In this document: one piece after another, positions 33,054-64,000 of the stretch
How the letters are laid out: each line of letters begins with the position of its first letter
Position numbering within the stretch: position 1 is the first letter of the stretch
Assembly: GCF_009914755.1 (NCBI RefSeq)
Contig: NC_060942.1
Source: the human T2T-CHM13v2.0 reference genome, Homo sapiens
Length of the DNA: 64,000 nucleotides
Direction: 5' to 3' (one strand)
Made by a program: the position numbers and the translations under genes
The notes under the pieces: generated by a model
Told to the model about the DNA's origin: nothing
Databases searched by the model: none
The model's input: the letters and a program-made list of their open reading frames with translations, nothing else

Positions 33054-34276
33054 TAATGGCTGAAAGAGGTTAGTTTTAAAAGATGCATTGAAGAGAATGA
33101 AATATCATTAATTACTATTATTCATATATAATAGAAAAACAATAAAGCATATATTTTATATTTACCTATGGACTACATCTAATTTATCCTTCTTAATCAA
33201 CTAAGGGCTTCTTAAAAGCTGACAAGCTGATTTCTCCTGACAGTTTTCTTGTACCAGATTTAGAAAATCTGTTTCAGAATTTAAAATTCTTTTCATTAAA
33301 AAAACAATTTTTGACCTAGACTCAAATTTTAAAATTCCCTCTGTTAATCAGGTAGCCAGACTCTCCCTAGCTATTCTTGGAGGAGATTAATTTGCTACTC
33401 TGCAGTGGAAGCCATAACTCAGAATCCTTCTCTTTCAGGGCTGGGGTTACCGCACTTCCAATGCTGAACTAAGCTATCGAGAATTTTAGTTTTCTGTCCA
33501 GCAAAGTGAAATCTGAAAAAGACACACGAATGCCTGGTAAAAAAATCATTTACGTTTCATATTAACTGTAATGTTTGATGATCATCAGGATCTTAGAATA
33601 TTTCATTGAGTATTCCTCTCTCAAGTACTTAATGATTTGCACTCAAATATTGGATAAGATGCATTTAAATGAAGTCTGTGATTCCTGTGTGGATGTGGGC
33701 CTCCCCAAGAGGAACAATGCTTTTAAAATAGGACTAATTATGCTCCTTAATTGATCTCTACAGTGTGATGTGGTTTTCATTCCACCCATCCCCTGTCCAG
33801 TACCTAACAAATTGCCTAAGTTGTCCCTAGGAAAATTGATTTTATTTTTGGAATATGAGTTAATTAAATAATGAGTCAGACAGAAGAAAAATTACTTGCA
33901 CATAAATAAAACCAGCAGTTTAATGAACCATCATTTCACCCAGTCATTGATAGACATATTAAATGACCATTGTCTAAATTTGCCTGGGAGTTTGCTAATT
34001 TTAAAAATCAACTACCCATAAAACAAAGGGCCCCAGGAAATATCCTGGCCAGCTTTGAGGCTGGCCTCTGTGTCACATTCCTGCCAGCGCTCCAGATGGC
34101 AGCCGTGCATGCTCATGATGTCAGGTTATACAAGCTACACCAATAAATGAGCAGTTTTGTTAGTGGCTTAGAGCAGGTCAGCCAGGAATTATTTTCAGTC
34201 CAGGCTCCTAAGAGGCAAATCTCGTGACTCACCTGGGTCATGGAGGCTATCACATGCAGGACTACTCATCACCTCC

Positions 34277-35073
<797 letters not shown>

Positions 35074-35345
35074 CAACAAGAGAATAAGTAGGGTGAGAGC
35101 TAAGCCAAGGAGGATGCTGCAGTGGTAAGAATGGTAAAACCTTTCTTGAGTGACTTGGGAGAAGGGAAATCCAGTTCTATATGGGTCTGAACTCTTGGAT
35201 TCCTTGAAGTGTATGGGGAAGTACTCCCAAACATCTCATACCTTACAGGATCACCTGACACATATTAAGCATGATACCTAGCTATTAAATTATTATTTCT
35301 AAAACTCTTCCATTATTCAACAAAACATTCTTTCTTTTATTTTGA

Positions 35346-35751
<406 letters not shown>

Positions 35752-36310
35752 TGAGACCAGCCTTCCTGGGTTGTTATATAGAGGAAGGTAAGGGGAGCAG
35801 GAACAGGTTATTTTTGAAGCATTTAGGAAAGGGCCGACTTGGGTGCAACAATATGTCCAGTAGGGAGGTACTGCATGTGAGAAAGGCACTGCCTGAAGGT
35901 AGAAGTTTGAAACTGAATTGTGCCTTGGCTGGCCCTGACCTCTATACCCCTCCTCCCTCTGGCTATCAGGGAGGTCCTTTAATCCTTTCTAAATGCCTTC
36001 TTCAGAAAATGGCCCACAGTGGGGTGGGGTGGAGGAACTGGAGGGATGGGGTGGGGGAAGAACTCTAAGTCCCTCCTACACTACTAGCTTCCATGGAAAA
36101 GCTAGTAGAAAACAAAAACAGATTTCTCTAAACCTGAGTCCTTAACCCCAAAGAATCTGAGGTTGGAGGGACGATCCTCTCTCTGAAAACCCTCCTTCCA
36201 TCTATCCCCAGATTTTCAGGCTGACTTGACTGGAAGCCAGTACTGAAAGGTCAAGACACCAGGCTGCACAGCCTGAGTTCCTGCCGTGAGACCACTCATC
36301 AGCTTTATGA

Positions 36311-36607
<297 letters not shown>

Positions 36608-37504
36608 TGATCCACCCACCTTGGCCTCCCAAAGTGCTGGCGTTACAGGTATGAGTCACCGCACCCAGCCTGAGGTGGTTTTGTTTTGTTTTGTCTTTGA
36701 GGATTTGTGGACCTCTGAAGTAGAGCCATTCAAAATGCCAGTTCAGGATAAGCTGCTGGCATCAGAATGTAAATCAGCAAGCTGCTTCTCTCATTAAGGA
36801 AATATTGCGATGAGGGAAAAAAAGTCAGCTTATCTAAAAAGTGTACAGAACTGAAATTGGTTTATGTGCTTTTAAAGTATATTAACCATTATTTAAAAAA
36901 AAATAATTTACAGGCCGTGGACCTGGTAGCTCATGCCTGTAATCCCAGCACTTTGGGAGGCCAAGGTGGGCAGATCACTTCAGCCAAATTTCAGTTACAC
37001 AGGAGGCATAAGTTCAAGGGATCTATTGTACATCATGGTGACTATCATTAATGGCAATGTATTATATACTTGAAAGTCTTCCCATGGTGGAGGGAGAAAG
37101 CTCTGATGTCTCTTCCTCTTCTTCTACAGGCACTAATTCCATCATAGGGACCCTGCCTTCATGATCTCGCCTAAGCCTAACTACCTCCAAAGGCCGTGCC
37201 TCCTAATACCATCACCTTGATGGGTTAAGGCTTCAACATATGAATGCTGGGGCAGGGAACACAAACATTGGGTCTACAACAATATTTTATAGCCATCATG
37301 ATGTGTAGAAAGTGCTGACCTGGGAGTCAAAACCAGCTCTGAACTCATCCACCAAACTTAGGTAAATCATTTACTCATTTAAATGTTCTCAGGTAATGTA
37401 TATGTTGATTAGCTTGATTTAGCCATTTCACAATGTATACATATTTCAAAACATCATGTTGTATACAATAAATACATAAAATTTTTGTCCATTTTTAAAA
37501 CTAA

Positions 37505-37795
<291 letters not shown>

Positions 37796-37999
37796 TAAGT
37801 TGGCTGACATTCTATCTCAGCTCCTTATCTTGTCTGGGACTAGAGTCAGGTACCCTGAGGAAAAGAGTTGGTCCACAGGATACATTTTGGGCAGTGCTGC
37901 TTTAAATTATTTTCCAGCTTCTGCTTGACTTTCTTGGCCCTCCCTTACCTGCTGAGCCAGCCCTAACTTGAACTAGAAAGCACCTAAAGGAGGATTTTC

Positions 38000-39470
<1,471 letters not shown>

Positions 39471-39511
39471 GGATGCTTTTCTTACTGGGTTAGGAACACA
39501 GAAGTCTGCAT

Positions 39512-39702
39512 GATCCTATAACTAAAAATAGGGAACCCAAGATCCTATAACTTTACATAGGATCTATAATTTTAGTTATAGATCCTATAACTAAAAATAG
39601 CTTTCTGTGTCTACAGATTTGCCTATTTTGAATATTAGTTATAGGATCTATAACTAAATTTGTAGCTTTTAGTTATAGATCCTATAACTAAAAATAGCTT
39701 TC
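39512..39702. repeat. Complex direct and inverted repeat of GATCCTATAACTAAAAATAG
   Basis: Copies start at 39512, 39541 (partial), 39581 and 39678; inverted copies at 39557-39569 and 39635-39658. Confidence 0.92.
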
Positions 39703-40642
39703 AACAAATCTTGGCTGAGTTATTTGTAAATTATTCCTAAACTAAGTTTACAAAGTAATCAACAATGTTAGAGAATTTGTGGGTAGCTTGGATTCCTATC
39801 CTTGAAAACCAATCTGCAGAGTAGAAGAAAAAGTCCTGTCTATTCCAAGGCTCCTAGAACCCTACAGGAATATCTGAGGTTTGCTCTACTGAGACTAGGA
39901 CTGTCTGTCTCCTGCAGGAAACAGACCCAAGGAGAAAAGGTGTATAGGATGCTCATTTCCTAATAAGAAAGGCCTTGGGCTTTCCCTCAATCCTACAATA
40001 ACTAATTGGAAATGAGGACAGAATGGCAGTGGAAAATTTCTACTTCCTTATTCTCCTTTGTAGGAGCCATAGTAATCTCTATAAATTCTAAGTATATCTC
40101 TAACATTGCCACTCCTAGGAGAACTGCTTACCCTAAATTTCATTTCAGCTTTGCTAGTTCTTGTGAGCTAATTTCTGTTAGAGACAGTTCCTTCCTGTTT
40201 GATCTCTGCTGATTCATCTTTTGTTCTTTTTTATGCCTACCCTAAAGTCTCGCTTACTCTGGGTCTAAGCTACATTAAATTATTTCTGGAACAAGGTGAG
40301 GTATAAATAAACATCAGAGTTCCTCTAGTATGAAACAGTAATTGTTCTTAGCTTGAAGACAGAAAGAAGCAGGATTATCAAGGGATCTAAATATCAACGT
40401 TAGCTCTAATAATCGATATTAGCATCTCATTTTTTGATCCAACTCAAAAAAGAGTAATAAGGATGTAGAATAACCAAAGGTAATTATGTCCATTTAGAAC
40501 AAGTACTTTAAAAAAGAAATTCAAGGAAGTAAACTAATTAATTAAATGTATACTTCTTATACCCTAATGATCTAACGAGTTAATACAGTAGTAGTTATGC
40601 CTTGGGTTATAAAAAACTTTTTTTAATTTTAATTTTAATTAA

Positions 40643-40909
<267 letters not shown>

Positions 40910-41061
40910 TGAGCCACCGCGCCTGGCCTATTTTTATTTTTTATTATTTTTTAATTTAATAGAGATGGGGTTTCGCCATGTTGGCCAGGCTGGTCTTGAA
41001 CTCCTGGGCTCAAGTTATGTGCCTGCCTCAGCCTCCCAAAGTGCTGGGATTACAGGCATGA

Positions 41062-41241
<180 letters not shown>

Positions 41242-41876
41242 TAAGTAGCTGGGACTAAAGGTATGTGTCACTACACCTGGCTAATTTTTTTGTATTTTTA
41301 GTAGAGACAGGGTTTCACCATATTGGCCACGTTGATCTCGAACTCCTGGCCTCAAGTGATGCACCCGCCTCAGCCTCCCAAAGTGTTGGGATTACAGGTG
41401 TGAGTCACCGTGCCCAGTCTCATGTTTATTATTTCATGTGAACTTGAAACATCCTTGTGAGGTGGCAAGTACACATTATCATATTCAGTTAAGAAAAAGA
41501 GAAACAGAAAGGTTATTTGACTTGTACTTTATCACTTATAGCTGGTTAGTGGTGACAACCGAACTTGAACTTGGGACTTCTGAGTCCGAGGTACTTTCTG
41601 CTACATAAACCCAAGCTGCCTGCCAGACTGTAACTCTAACAGCTTAGTGTGTTATTAGCTATTTTGAGACACATATTTGCTGGGGGGTACTAGTTAATCA
41701 AAATTTAACTGACACACTGTGTAAGACTCCAGAGACCCAGCTACTCTTACGTTACTTAGAACTCAGTGAATTCTTCCTGGAGGTTTTTCAAAAATACAAT
41801 TAAAGCTTATGGGCTGAAAATTACTGGGTTGCTGTACTATTTCAAAGCAAATTTCTAATTTAACTTTAAATACTAA

Positions 41877-42143
<267 letters not shown>

Positions 42144-42179
42144 TAAGCTTCTAACCACCAATCTCCCCTTTCACTCTAC

Positions 42180-42790
42180 ACGTGCCCTAACTAATCTCAG
42201 CTACTCCTGAGCTTCAACTTCTACCTGCACACTGATAATCTCAGTCTGTCTCTCTCTTGCTTGCCTATTTCTCCTGAAGGCCAGTCCAGTACATCCAAAA
42301 ACTTACTGAAAATTTCCACCGGGATTATCTAAAAGCACCCTAAACATCTAAAATGGAATCTGTTATCTTTGTTACATCATAATCTCACAAATTCTTCTAA
42401 ATTTCCTATTTCAGCAAATAGCAGCATCTTCCATCAGCCAGCCAAGCTAGAAACATTACCCTAGACTCCCTTGTCTTTACTTCCCACAATACGACTAATA
42501 CTATTTTCTTCCCCTTGAATACTACTCATTTTTGTTCTCTCGTCTTTATTCCCCCTCCGTCTGCTTTCAAACTCCAAACTCCATGTAGGTCTGTAGTAAC
42601 TGCTTTCTAACTGGCCTCCCAGCCTCCAGCCTCCAGCCTCCTTCCCCTCCATCTCTTTCTTTCCTACACACCACTGCCATGGTTCTCTTTCTAAAACATG
42701 ACCATGATCAAATTATGCCCTTGCTTCAAAATATCAATGATTCAATACCAGGTTCTTAGGAGTCTACATGTGATTCTGGCCCTACCCTTC
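42180..42790 (-). mobile_element. L2 relic
   Basis: C/T-rich degenerate sequence with L2-like phrases (CCAAGCTAGAAAC, TTTCTAAAACATG, CCCTTGCTTCAAAA). Confidence 0.5.
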
Positions 42791-44615
42791 TAGCAAATTC
42801 CTGTCACTTCCAGAAAAGTAAGAAAGCATAAAACATAATGGTCAAAAACATAAGCACATAGATCACCTGGGTCTGAATCCTGGCTCTGTCATTTGTTGGG
42901 AGGGGTAAGTTCCTAACCTACCAGTGTCTTGTTTTCTTCATCTGTAAAATGCAGGACAGGGGCCAGGTGCAGTGGCTCACACCTGGAATCTCAGCACTTT
43001 GGGAGCATCGCTTGAGCCCAGGAGTTTAAGAGCAGCCTGGGCAACAGAGTGAGACCCCATCTCTACAAAACAAACAAATAAATAAATAAAAAATCAGCCA
43101 GGCATGGTGGCACACACCTCTGGTTCCACCTACTTGGGAAGCTGAGGTGGAAGGATCACTTGAGCCCAGGCGGTCGAGGCTACAGTGAGCCATGATTGTG
43201 CCACTGCACTCCAGCCTGGGCAACAGGGCAAGACCCTGTCTCCAAAAGGAAATGAGGGATAATGGGGGCTATACTTACCTAAATTGTTGGGCTGTTTCTA
43301 TTTCTGAAGATTAAATAGGAAAAGACATAACTGATACATTCTACGGATTACATAAATATTAGATAAAATTATCATCATCATCCAGCCATAGTAAGTAGCT
43401 GCTACTGTACGCACTTTATAATACCTTGGTCTTTGCGCTGAGAGAGCCTCTCTCCCCGCTTTGGAGGTTCAATACCACAGCCTTCAAGATCCAACTCAGA
43501 ACGCTACCTCCTCTCTAAGCTCTCCCACCTCCCCCAGGCGCTTTGTTACTCTTTCCCTTTGTGCTCTGTAGCCTTAACAAAGGCTACTGTTAAACACTTA
43601 GCACTGTGTATATTTTAATGGACTTGACTGTCTCTCCCACAACTAAAGTTTGAGCTCCTAAAGATTAGGGCTGTGTCTCATTAATATGTATATCTTCACC
43701 CTATTGGCTTGCACAGTGCCCGATTTAACAGGCACATACCACGGCTCTGCTGAATGAACAGATCTTTGTCCCTCACTTCATAAAGAACTAACGAGCTTGG
43801 CTTTGCAGCACATTATTTCCTTGAGAGCCTCAGACCATGTCTTCCCCCCCGGCTTTGTGTCCTGGAAGAATGCACAGCAGACAGGAGCTGCTCAAAATGA
43901 TTTGCCTGGGCCAGGGCCACAGTGACACATTCAAATCTTTCCCTTTAGAGTACTATCTGTCTACGAGATTCCTAAAGGGCTGGATTGAATGAGAAAACGT
44001 GAACCTTCACGTCAAGCTATTTATTACAAGGCACTTGAGTAAGACCATAACACTCTGCAACTTTTGCTTTCGAAATCGTGTTGATCTTCATTTCCTCCAG
44101 TGCCTAAGTCACTGTAAAGCCAAGTACAAGAGGTTTTTACTTCCCAAGTTCTTATAAAGTGTTGACATTTGTGACCTGATTGTAAATTTTTATTTCCAGC
44201 ATGACTTATTTATAGTCTTAATGTCATTCTCTATCAATGACCCAAAAAAAGTTTCTTTCAATTCTAGTAGAATTGCCTTTGACCTGTTGAGATTGTAAAA
44301 AGTTAAAAAGCTGAAGAAAATTTTAGCAAGTGGAATATTTCTCATTCCAACTCACGGATTTAAAGATCAGATAGAGTGATTTTCTAAGAGGTGAAAGATC
44401 TATCCTAGCAAAAACTCAGAATTAGAGGGGGAAAAAAAGACCTGATATAAATTTTAAAAGGTTTCAATAACATTCCCACCATGTAAACTTCAGCTGGCAA
44501 ACAGGCATGTGACATACAAAATTGTTTCATGACAAATGTAAATTTCATAAGTGGAAAAAAAATCACTGTATTAGTTAATTTGTTTTGCACTGGTTAATTT
44601 TTAAGGAAAATGTGT

Positions 44616-44703
44616 TTTGCATTAAAAATGAGGCCTTCTCTTCCCAGTTCTTCCCAGAGTCAGGAAAAGCTGGGTTGAGAGGGTAGAAAAAAAATGATGT
44701 AGG
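44616..44703 (+). ncRNA. MIR320C1: pre-miR-320c-1 hairpin; mature miR-320c AAAAGCUGGGUUGAGAGGGU at 44665-44684; antisense in ABHD3 intron 4
   Basis: Exact miR-320-family mature sequence; the 5' arm CCTTCTCTTCCCAGTTCTTCC pairs with it; location within ABHD3 agrees with my recollection of the annotation. Confidence 0.92.
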
Positions 44704-45025
44704 TGAATAACTATCGATGTTAAAATGTAGTAAGTACAAAAGTTTAGTTACAAAATAGAATCTTAATTTTTATAAAAATAGAAATATATTATATATATTT
44801 TATTTATATATGAAATCTGAATGAACACAGACTAAGGGAATTTCCTTGGTTATACAATTATCGGTCTTGTAAATTTCCTTTTTTTCCATATCTGTATTTT
44901 TGTATAATAAATTTGTATTGCTTACATAAACAGAGTTATTTTAAATAAAAAGAATATGCTTTTTGTTATAAAACTAGAAATGATTCTTTAAAAAGTTAAG
45001 ACTGTTGTCATTTAAATTTACTTAC

Positions 45026-45071
45026 CAAGAGATTCTCCCCCGCCACTCCTCTGTTGTTAAAAACCACACAT
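45026..45071 (-). CDS. ABHD3: ABHD3 coding exon 4 (46 nt): (R)CVVFNNRGVAGENLL
   Basis: ttttag|A TGT GTG GTT TTT AAC AAC AGA GGA ... CTC TTG|gtaagt. Phase 2 in and phase 0 out fit both neighbours; VVFNxRG family motif. Confidence 0.95.
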
Positions 45072-45417
45072 CTAAAAACCAGGAAAGCAATTTTTGTTAT
45101 TTTTACACATGATTCTTGCTCATGATATAATATTAAAGTCATCTTACTGACACTGATTTAGAGCACTAAAAGATTTTAAAAATCTGTCTTGTAGTTGTAA
45201 TGTTTGGCAATTTCATCTAAATGCAATGCACTAAAATAAAATTCCAGTTCTCTAAATTCCACATGTGGGTTCAAATTAGAAAACTGTATACTGAAGTGAT
45301 GTTAATTTTTCCTACCAAGAGTAGACTATTTCCAACTTCTTCCTACGCACATACGTGGGCCTCCAACAAGTGTTTTTAAAACAATTCTAAATACAAGTCA
45401 AATTTAAATGTTTTTGC

Positions 45418-48615
<3,198 letters not shown>

Positions 48616-48908
48616 CGCCTCTGTTAAACTTCTGTAACAGTTCTCTCCAATTAATTTTTACAGTTACCTCAAACAATTCTAAAGGGCGTGTATATGAGGG
48701 AAATTGTTCTGCAAAGCATATTTTTCCTACATATTTGAACTATATAATTTTTTTCCCTCAAAACAAGGAAAACATAAAGAGAAGAAATATCAAATAAAGA
48801 ACAGATCTGGTAAGAAGAACTTTCTGTGACAAGATAACCCATTAACCAGGGAAACAGGTGGGTGTCCTTTAATGAAGGTTAAATAAAAGGAAGAGACTAC
48901 CTATAGCA

Positions 48909-49122
48909 CAGAGTTTCTCAATCTTTAGTACTATGGACATTTCAGCCCAAATAATTCTTTGTAGCAGTGCTGTCCTGTGCATTATAGGATACTCAGCAGC
49001 ATCTCTGGCCTCTACCAACTAGATGCCAGTAGCACATGCCCCAGGCATAACAACCAAAAATGTCTCCAGACATTGCCAAATGTTCCCTGGGGGAAAAACG
49101 GCCCCTAGGATGAGAACCACTG
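48909..49122. mobile_element. MER20 (hAT-Charlie MITE)
   Basis: Termini CAGAGTTTCTCAA and TGAGAACCACTG; internal CTAGATGCCAGTAGCAC and AATGTCTCCAGACATTGCCAAATGT; ~214 bp. Confidence 0.85.
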
Positions 49123-50099
49123 TCACAGTGAGATGGACCAGAGAACCTTGAATCTGCTCAGGCTTGAACCCTGGAAGTCAAGGTTGCAGTGCTGTGATCA
49201 CACCAATGCACTCCGGCCTGGGTGATGGAGAGCCTGTCTCAAAAAACAAAAACAACAAAAAAAGTAGCAGACTCTGAGCTTGGGCACCTAAGAAAAGCAG
49301 TGAAACTTCCATGGGTTGTGAGTACCTGTCTAGGCCTAGTTTCCAAATCTGTAATTTTATCAGGCAATCTGAAATATTTCAGTTCTAAGATTCCCCAAAT
49401 CTTCAAGTCTAACAATAGAAATGATAATCAGCAAAGGGTAGAATGAGAGGAACATTCAGAGATCAGCTAGTCATATGATTGATTTCAGGTAATAATAATA
49501 ACAACAGATACTGTTTACTAGTGTTTACTATGTGCCAGATCATGTTCTAAGCACTTTACATGAATATTAATATTGGAATAACTCATTTATTCATTCAATA
49601 ATATTTACTGAACTAAAGATTGAGTTAGAGCCTGTAGTAGAGAAATAAAGTATCAACATAAGGTTCCTGGCCTCAAGGAGGGTACAATCTAGTTAGATTG
49701 AAAAGATTTGCACCATATTTTCAGTTGAGTGACTACAACAAAAAACAAGACAGTATAGGATTCAATGTCCAAGGAGTGGTATAGACAATAAAACCCTATG
49801 AGGTCAGGATGGGCAAAATTGATTAAGAAAGGCTTCATAAAAGGTAGACAGATCTTATGTTAGGACTTGAAAAACAGTAAAGATTCCAGCAAAAGGCAAG
49901 TGTGAGATACATTGTAAAGGGAGTAATCCAAGCAAAGATATAAGGTGAGTATGTATTAAATGTTCTAAGGGACGAAAAATCAATTATCAGTTGAGAAGTG
50001 GTTACACGGACAGTAACAATAGAAAATAAGAATGGAAAAACAGGTTAGGACAAAAATAAACATAAGGCTCTGAATTCCAGGTAAAGAAAAGATAAGGAA

Positions 50100-52560
<2,461 letters not shown>

Positions 52561-52978
52561 TGCTATCTAAACATTTCCAAGCTTACTAAGGTCATAAAGG
52601 TGGTAAAACAAATGAACATAATTCACGTACCTTTTTCTAAGATGCTTCAGAAATCAAACGCAGTAATTAATGTGAGTATATTATTCACTATTACATGCCT
52701 AACTCATGATTATCATATGGTAATGGAGAACACTGAAAGTCAATTCATAATTCAGGAACCTCATTATCTCCCGTTTCAACTCTTTCCCTATAAAATCTAT
52801 TATCTGAGTAGGAAACATGATTTATTTGCCTGTCATGTCTTGAATTTCCCTGATAAAACTGAGTCCCAATGATATCACAGGTATGCATTATCATATTAAG
52901 CAACAATCATGGGATTGGAAGAGCTAGATTTTCCCAAGCTAAGAGCCTAAGGCATCCAAGGGTATAAAATAGTAGTAA

Positions 52979-62610
<9,632 letters not shown>

Positions 62611-63421
62611 AAAATTATTTTTTTAAGGTAAACTTACCATCAGCTTTTCACACAAGTGTTTCAAGTTTAACAAAAGATACAACTCTACTTTAAATACAAC
62701 TCACAGAGTGTTCCATTACAATAATTATCAGCTAAAAAAAAAAGCTGAGGCACAAAAAAGCAGTACCTTTTATAATGACTCTAAGATTCTAGAGCTGAAC
62801 TTGAAACTCAAAGTTGCTAATCACTTGCAAAAAATTAAATTGTACCTGGTGACTGAGCTTAATAATGGTTACTCAGAAAAGCTGTGGCATCAACAACTGG
62901 AGACTAGCCAAGTGCACCTGCAAACTCAGGTGGTCAGAAGAGGCAGAGATCACCTTTGATAAATAGGGACAACCTACAAGCTGATTCTGAATATTTTTTG
63001 CACTTGGGAGCTGAGCCAGGGCGACAAGATTAGTGAATCCAGGCCCCAGAATGTGGCATGACGGCCACTGTGTACTCTCTCAGGGGTCTGTAATTGCTGT
63101 TCTCCCTCCATAACACACTCTCCATTGGGGTGGGGATGGGGGGAAGGGCTCAGTCAATGCTCAGATGATTCTAATTTCATTCATTAACTCAGCCTAAATC
63201 TGCAGAGTGTCTACTATGCTAAGTGACATTTCTTGTGAGATGATTCAGTTATGCATCTTCCTGAAAAGAAAGAGGAAAAAAAGAATGCAGAGAAAAATAA
63301 TAATTTAAGGGACTGCTTTTCTATGCAAGAAGTACTAAGTATTTCTGAAACAAACATGTAGATATATTTGTACTTCATTTGGAATGGATCAAGTGAAAAA
63401 AAAGAAATCTTTTACTGGTAC

Positions 63422-63604
63422 CTGTATCCTAATTCTTCACTAAGATGGATCATATGAAGGATATATGACTCCTTGCTTGTTCCCGTGAGGCCAGGCAACA
63501 ATAAGATAGTAGGTCTGGTGCTGGCATCCATATAACACGTACTGTTATCATTATCAAACCAGTCCAGTGAAATCTGTCCTCCATCTGCAGTTTTAATAAG
63601 TTCA
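63422..63604 (-). CDS. ABHD3: ABHD3 coding exon 3 (183 nt): (N)ELIKTADGGQISLDWFDNDNSTCYMDASTRPTILLLPGLTGTSKESYILHMIHLSEELGY(R)
   Basis: Acceptor tttcag|T GAA CTT and donor TAC AG|gtacca. The translation has the DGGQISLDW and LLPGLTG motifs of the ABHD1/2/3 family and matches my recollection of human ABHD3. Confidence 0.96.
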
Positions 63605-64000
63605 CTGAAAGGAATAATTCAGAAGACATTACTATTTACATGTTTTAAGTCATGTCTTAATTTTAATTCTAAACACATGACATTATTTGCTCATCAAAAA
63701 ATAACATTTTTCCAGCATTCACGAACACACACCCATATCTCGATCTACATATCATTTTCTTTCATTAGAAGGATTTTATGAAGATTAGTACCATCAAGTA
63801 TTTCCAGCAACCTCCGTACAAGGTCGTATATAAAAATGAACTGCTAATTATTAAGATAAATGAATACTTACTCATTACTCCAAAACATCCAGCATTTAAC
63901 CCTTGTTTGATTGAGGTCACTCAACTAATGCGACAGGGAAGTCTGAGTAAGTAAAATGCTGATCTAATCTCTGACCACTGCTCTAGCTCTTTGGACTCAA

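Noticed and set aside
39512-39702. Superficially CRISPR-like repeat and spacer pattern
   Set aside because: Mammalian intron, repeats in both orientations with irregular spacing, no cas genes; better explained as a repair scar.
63128-63149. G-quadruplex motif GGGGTGGGGATGGGGGGAAGGG (similar C/G runs at ~8697-8727 and ~36020-36057)
   Set aside because: Isolated G4 motifs are very common and nothing else here supports a function.

Overview
Primate, most likely human, genomic DNA that is very rich in Alu elements, with older L1, L2, MIR, LTR and DNA-transposon relics. The only protein-coding gene supported is ABHD3 (alpha/beta-hydrolase phospholipase) on the minus strand. Seven coding exons (exons 3-9 by my numbering; exons 1-2 lie beyond the right edge) splice with GT-AG boundaries into one continuous frame carrying the Ser-Asp-His triad, followed by a ~0.7 kb 3' UTR and a poly(A) signal near 12011-12021. 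The MIR320C1 hairpin lies antisense in intron 4. Most ORFs in the supplied track are Alu or low-complexity artefacts. I found no convincing new multi-gene system. The most notable unexplained structures are: (1) a fold-back and templated-insertion repair scar at 39.5-39.7 kb; (2) target-site-duplication evidence that MIR320C1 is an L1-mobilised copy of a pre-miR-320 hairpin; (3) an old local duplication in intron 4 with a 93%-identical core; (4) an internally expanded MADE1; (5) several Alu rearrangements; and (6) candidate poison or alternative exons. Repeat boundaries and subfamily names were assigned by eye from memory of consensus sequences and are approximate.
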